10,197 nt of DNA from an archaeon (lineage in GTDB: Archaea > Undinarchaeota > CAZHTU01 > JBDRCC01): contig JBDRCC010000005.1 of the NCBI GenBank assembly GCA_043822065.1, positions 1 through 10,197 on the forward strand. The letters run 5' to 3'. Position numbers and translations under genes: made by a program. Within the stretch, counting starts at the first letter, position 1, and the number at the start of each line of letters is the position of its first letter. Positions 6,067 to 10,197 of the stretch are shown piece after piece. A model generated the notes under the pieces. It was not told where the DNA came from. It was given only the letters and a program-made list of their open reading frames with translations, and made no database searches.

Positions 6067-7170
6067 ATGAATATCCAGTGGTTTTACTCCTGGCTTGGCA
6101 CCTACGGCATCCAGCCGGAATGGGTCTCCGGCGTTTTCGTAATCCTGTTGGGCCTCATATTTGGCAAGTATGTTTCGGGATTTGTCAACCGGATGCTTGA
6201 GAACCTTGCAAAGAGGACACACAGCTCAGTCGATGACATGCTTGTCGGGATATTCGGCAAGCCGCTGGCAGTCATATCTTACCTAATAGGCATTTGGGGC
6301 GGGCTCTACATCGCCGGCATAAACCCAGCCAATCTTGGAGTGTTCTACAGGTTCTACAAAATAATATTCATACTAATCGCAGCCTATGCAATCATCACCG
6401 GTTTCAAGAGCTTCTGGCTGAGCTACAGGATTTACGTCCGCCGCCGGGGAATGACCTCTGCCGAGAAAATCATCATACCGCTCGGAAGCCGGCTCGTTCC
6501 GCTTCTCATCTGGTTTGGGGCAACATTTGTCATACTCTCCGTCCTGGGGGTAAACGTCACGCCGTTCCTCGCAGGAGCCGGCATAGTGGGTCTTGCCCTG
6601 GCGCTTGCGGCGCAGACCCCGCTCTCAAACTTCTTTTCAGGCATACTGCTGACCGTCAACCGGCCATTTGACGTCGGGCACCGCGTAGAGGTCATCGGCA
6701 AGTACGTTGGGGACGTGGTGGACATCGGAACCTTCTCGACCAAGATACGCACGCTCGACAACAACATAATCGTCGTGCCGAACGTCCAGCTCACCCAGAC
6801 CGAGGTGATAAACCACGACCTAACCGACGACCGCGTGAAGATACAGGTCCCGATAGGCGTCGCTTACGGCACTGACTCAGAAAAAGTGAAAAAAGTCCTC
6901 CACAAAGTAATCTCCGGAATCGACGGCATAGTCGAAAGCCCGCTAGAGAGTTCAACCCACCTCGATGCCAAAGCCGAGGCAAAGACTGGCATCTACTTCC
7001 TTGGCTACGGCGACTTTGCCCTAAACTTTATGATAATAGCATGGATAAAAAACACCCGGATGAAGTTCAAAATCTTAGACGAGATTAACACCAGAATCCA
7101 GAAAGAGTTCAAGAAGGCAGGAATCCAGATACCATTCCCAGTCCGCGACGTCTACCTGCACAAGGGCTGA
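6067..7170 (+). CDS. mscS: Small-conductance mechanosensitive channel (MscS family)
   Basis: Extra N-terminal TM helices, then LAGAGIVGLALALAAQTPLSNFFSG, RPFDVGHRV, GDVVDIGTFSTKIRTLDN, VPN, IGVAYGTD and GIQIPFP. Confidence 0.95.
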   Translation: MNIQWFYSWLGTYGIQPEWVSGVFVILLGLIFGKYVSGFVNRMLENLAKRTHSSVDDMLVGIFGKPLAVISYLIGIWGGLYIAGINPANLGVFYRFYKIIFILIAAYAIITGFKSFWLSYRIYVRRRGMTSAEKIIIPLGSRLVPLLIWFGATFVILSVLGVNVTPFLAGAGIVGLALALAAQTPLSNFFSGILLTVNRPFDVGHRVEVIGKYVGDVVDIGTFSTKIRTLDNNIIVVPNVQLTQTEVINHDLTDDRVKIQVPIGVAYGTDSEKVKKVLHKVISGIDGIVESPLESSTHLDAKAEAKTGIYFLGYGDFALNFMIIAWIKNTRMKFKILDEINTRIQKEFKKAGIQIPFPVRDVYLHKG

Positions 7171-7180
7171 ATGCGCATTT

Positions 7181-7639
7181 TTACATCGCAAGCCAGGTAA
7201 CAATCTTCCAGCCAAACTGCGAGGTTATCAGCCAGCTCAGCCAGGTCGAGAAGGCGAAAAATTTCAGTATTGACATGGGGTTCGGCCATATCGGGTACAA
7301 AACTACATTTGATACTATGTTGTACGCCACGACGAGAAGAAGGACGTTCTTTACAATACTCGCTTCCGTGAACGTGAACAGCCCAGTAAGATAGCAGAAG
7401 ACGACCATGCATACGCCCATGATGATGAGCCCCATCAGGTTGAAGGGAAAGAGGAACCAGGAAACTACCATTATGGTAAGGGCAACCGCAATCCCTGCAA
7501 GCGGGCTGATGCCTATGCTTACCAGAATCCCCATCGGCAGCCAGAGCTCAAGCCCGCCCATGTCGACCCTGCGGACCCAGTAGCTGAGCGGGATGCCTGC
7601 CGCAATAACACAAAGGACAAACAGCGCCTGCTGGATCAT
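7181..7639 (-). CDS. Hypothetical integral membrane protein (~5 TM), weak resemblance to ECF S-components
   Basis: 152 aa, almost entirely hydrophobic, with its own TATA box upstream. Confidence 0.8.
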   Translation of the reverse strand: MIQQALFVLCVIAAGIPLSYWVRRVDMGGLELWLPMGILVSIGISPLAGIAVALTIMVVSWFLFPFNLMGLIIMGVCMVVFCYLTGLFTFTEASIVKNVLLLVVAYNIVSNVVLYPIWPNPMSILKFFAFSTWLSWLITSQFGWKIVTWLAM

Positions 7640-7661
7640 GCGGTTTTATACTGCCCAGCGG

Positions 7662-7669
7662 TTTATAAA
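7662..7669 (-). promoter_or_regulatory. TATA box for the membrane protein gene
   Basis: TTTATAAA about 23 nt upstream of ATG 7639 (leaderless geometry). Confidence 0.6.
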
Positions 7670-7692
7670 GATTAGGTAAAATCTTTTTTTAT

Positions 7693-8355
7693 CTACTTAA
7701 ACCACGCATCAAGCTTCTTCTGGTCGCCAAAATCCATGCCGTTGTACCCGAACGCCTCAAGAATCCTGAGCACCGGCGGGAGGACCTGGTTCTCAATATA
7801 GTACTGCGGGTCGTACCCGCCCTCATAAAGCTCAACGGGCACTGCCCTGTCGCCGATTTTTCCCTTGCTTGCGCCCTTGACAACGATGTACCCTATGACG
7901 CTTCCCTGCTCCACCTGCCTTCCAGCCGCCTTCGCCTTTCGCGCAGCGGCGACGTGCGGCCCCTCCGCTTTGTAGCTGTCTATCTCCTTTATCAGCTGGG
8001 TGTATATTACAAGGTCTTCAGTCTGGACGTCGCCCTTCTTCAGGCGGAGAATTACTTCCTGGACAATCTTTACGGCCTCGTCCTGCTTGCCTTCAAGCAC
8101 GGTCCGGATAACCCCCTGCTGGGTCTCCTTGGCAATCTTCGACCAGTCGCGCCGCCTGACCTCAAGCCCGCGCGTCTTGATGTTTCCGTCATAATCTATC
8201 AATGCATACCTCTTCTTTGTTATGAACACCCCGCGGCGGTAATAGCCCTCAAGCTCGAGCTCCATCACCCCAGGGAGGTTTTTGTTCACCTCCGCCAAGA
8301 ACTTCCCGACCTTGCCTACGAATTTCTCCGGCGGCTTATCCATTGGCATCACCAA
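7693..8355 (-). CDS. polB: Family B DNA polymerase, C-terminal part (rest of palm, thumb, PIP box)
   Basis: ELELEGYYRRGVFITKKRYA, TRGLEVRRRDWS, GPHVAAA, YYIENQVLP and C-terminal PCNA-interacting motif QKKLDAWF. Continues the upstream ORF in the +1 frame. Confidence 0.93.
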   Translation of the reverse strand: MVMPMDKPPEKFVGKVGKFLAEVNKNLPGVMELELEGYYRRGVFITKKRYALIDYDGNIKTRGLEVRRRDWSKIAKETQQGVIRTVLEGKQDEAVKIVQEVILRLKKGDVQTEDLVIYTQLIKEIDSYKAEGPHVAAARKAKAAGRQVEQGSVIGYIVVKGASKGKIGDRAVPVELYEGGYDPQYYIENQVLPPVLRILEAFGYNGMDFGDQKKLDAWFK

Positions 8356-10135
8356 AGAACAGGGAATCCGTGTCCCCGTATATGACTGTGAATCCCGCCT
8401 TTTCCGCCCTGTCCATTATGTCCTGTATGAAATGCCTTCCAAACGCAGTCACGCTCTCTGCGCATTGGCGCGAATGCCAGCGCGAGCCTGCGTAGCCCAA
8501 GTAGCCGTAGGCAGAATTCAGGAACAGCTTGAGCGCGTACTGCTCGGCGTCAAGGCGCTTGTACTCCTTGCTGCCCTTCTGCGCCTCCTTCATTCTTTTC
8601 TTTATCGCGCCACGGTTATCGAGCAGCTCCTTCAGCGCTGAAGGCAGGAGCCCAGTCCGCTTCTTGCAGAAGTAATGCGGCATCCCCGGTACAGCCATCC
8701 GTTCCTTCGGCGAACAGCAGTCGCAGTTCAGCATATCCGGTCCGATGTTGTGGCTTATTATCACCGAGGGGTACAGGCTCCTGAAGTCGAGGACCGCAAG
8801 GTGCTCGTGCATGCCCTTGATTGGGTCCCTCACGTAAGCCCCTTCGATTGCGCCCTCTGCAATCCTGCTTGACCGCTCGTCATAATGCGGGCGCGACGGA
8901 GCGACTTCCCCCCGCTCATGCGCCTTGTTTAGGAGGAGGCTCTCGACCAGCTGGCCGGAGGTCATCCTGCTGACGTCAAAAATCGGGCCCTTCACGAGCC
9001 TGGAGAACTCAAGCTGGAGGGGAAGGAACTCGAGCGCCAGCTTAGCCGTCGCGTCGGCGTCCTCGCGGGTGTACTGCATTATCCTGTTGAGGTCCTTGCC
9101 CTCGTCCCAGACCTTCCACATGTCGCCGTCGAACGGCTTTTTGTCCGTCCCGAAAATGTGGTTTGCCACGTGCTCAAGCGTGTACCTGGGGAGGCTCAGG
9201 CTGCCCCTCAAAATATTGAACACTACGTGGTAAAGGTCGGCATGAAGCCTTCCAGGAATTTTCGCCGCCTCAAACCGCCCGCGCTTTGAGAAACTGACGC
9301 CCATCTTCTCACGCCCTAAGATAAGCTCGACCTTCAGGGCGTCTGCCCTCTTCTCAATATACGGGAAGTCAAACTGGTCGCCGTTGTAGGTCACGACAAC
9401 GTCCGGGTCTCTCTCCTGGTAGGTGCTGACGATTTCCTCTATCAGCTCACGCTCATCCTTCACAACCGTTATCCACGGCTTTTTCTCCTTCGGCTCTTTT
9501 GAAGTTATGACCCGCTCCCAGCCGGAATTGTCAGCAAAGCTTGCAGCGATTATCGGGTCAATCTCAGGCCGCGGCGCGCCTTCGGGGTTGTAGACCTCAA
9601 GGTCGAAGCTCATTATCCTCAGGGAATCAATGTCTGTCAGCTCGGCGGAGCGCTTTATGTCCTCAACCGCGTATGCGTTCTCAAGCCCCTCTGCATTCTT
9701 TGCCTCCTGCGCCTTGACGTCCAAGAGCACGGACTGCTCGAGCCCGAGGTCAATCATGTACCTCCTGACGAATGGGATGTCGTCCTCCCGCGACTCGTAT
9801 CCGAGGTTGCGCACGAGCTCACGATAGATAGGCACGTCGCCCGGGCGCTTGAAATACACTTTCAGGACTTCCCTGGGCGTCCCGCTAACATTCCTTTGGA
9901 CATGCTCAAATCTTACTGCCTTTACTTCCTGCCCGCTCTCCGTCGCCCCTGACTTGCCCTCCAGCTCCTTTTCGGCGTCCGCTGGCTTTGGCGCGAGCAC
10001 ATAAATATACGGCTGGTGCCTGGAATCAAGGAGGACTGCCGGCTTCCATTTGCCATCAGAAAGCGCCTTTCCGAAAAGCCTGACTGTTGTGAACTCTTCA
10101 GAACGGTAGTCTATGTCCAGCAAAAGAAATTTCAT
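8336..10135 (-). CDS. polB: Family B DNA polymerase (PolB3-like), N-terminal part (uracil-sensing domain, 3'-5' exonuclease, motifs A, B, C)
   Basis: EDDIPFVRRY (uracil pocket), ExoI FDLE, ExoII YNGDQFDFPY, ExoIII YTRED, motif A DFRSLYPS, motif B KLFLNSAYGY and motif C YGDTDS. Stops 6 codons after YGDTDSLF. Confidence 0.95.
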   Translation of the reverse strand: MKFLLLDIDYRSEEFTTVRLFGKALSDGKWKPAVLLDSRHQPYIYVLAPKPADAEKELEGKSGATESGQEVKAVRFEHVQRNVSGTPREVLKVYFKRPGDVPIYRELVRNLGYESREDDIPFVRRYMIDLGLEQSVLLDVKAQEAKNAEGLENAYAVEDIKRSAELTDIDSLRIMSFDLEVYNPEGAPRPEIDPIIAASFADNSGWERVITSKEPKEKKPWITVVKDERELIEEIVSTYQERDPDVVVTYNGDQFDFPYIEKRADALKVELILGREKMGVSFSKRGRFEAAKIPGRLHADLYHVVFNILRGSLSLPRYTLEHVANHIFGTDKKPFDGDMWKVWDEGKDLNRIMQYTREDADATAKLALEFLPLQLEFSRLVKGPIFDVSRMTSGQLVESLLLNKAHERGEVAPSRPHYDERSSRIAEGAIEGAYVRDPIKGMHEHLAVLDFRSLYPSVIISHNIGPDMLNCDCCSPKERMAVPGMPHYFCKKRTGLLPSALKELLDNRGAIKKRMKEAQKGSKEYKRLDAEQYALKLFLNSAYGYLGYAGSRWHSRQCAESVTAFGRHFIQDIMDRAEKAGFTVIYGDTDSLFFGDANG

Positions 10136-10197
10136 TATTTGAGGGCGGCAGAAACCTTGTCAAGGGTTTTTCTCCTCTTTGACATGTCCTTCCTCAT
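10135..10197 (-). CDS. 3' end of an upstream gene (partial), product unknown
   Basis: Open frame ...MRKDMSKRRKTLDKVSAALK* whose TAA (10137-10135) overlaps the polB ATG (TAATG), which suggests translational coupling. Confidence 0.55.
   Translation of the reverse strand: MRKDMSKRRKTLDKVSAALK

Noticed and set aside
7170-7182. Palindrome AATGCGCATT plus T-run between convergent genes
   Set aside because: Too short to call; the T5 may aid termination but cannot be supported from sequence alone.
8336-8380. Split intein at the PolB break
   Set aside because: YGDTDS is contiguous, there are no intein N- or C-terminal blocks, and the two halves join seamlessly on removal of one base.
10152-10169. 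Imperfect inverted repeat AAACCTTG..AAGGGTTT upstream of polB
   Set aside because: Short, imperfect and inside the probable upstream coding sequence.

Overview
Archaeal chromosomal DNA, judged from TATA/BRE promoters, mostly leaderless genes and an archaeal family-B polymerase with a PIP box; an uncultured DPANN/euryarchaeal lineage is a guess. Most genes are on the minus strand. Right to left: the 3' end of an upstream gene; a PolB gene broken into two overlapping ORFs by a +1 frame change just after motif C (YGDTDSLF); a small membrane protein; an MscS channel (+ strand) divergent from a CPA2 cation:proton antiporter; an unannotated 46-aa Cys/His microprotein with its own promoter; a degenerate class I methyltransferase-like gene; a ~260-nt structured leader ahead of a 140-aa orphan; and a tight operon of HAD hydrolase, TsaC/Sua5, MraY/AglH-type transferase and DUF354 (runs off the left edge). 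The leader contains mutually exclusive hairpins, an SD-led 23-codon uORF, a terminator-like element and a perfect 14-bp long-range inverted repeat. It and the interrupted PolB are the most notable signals.
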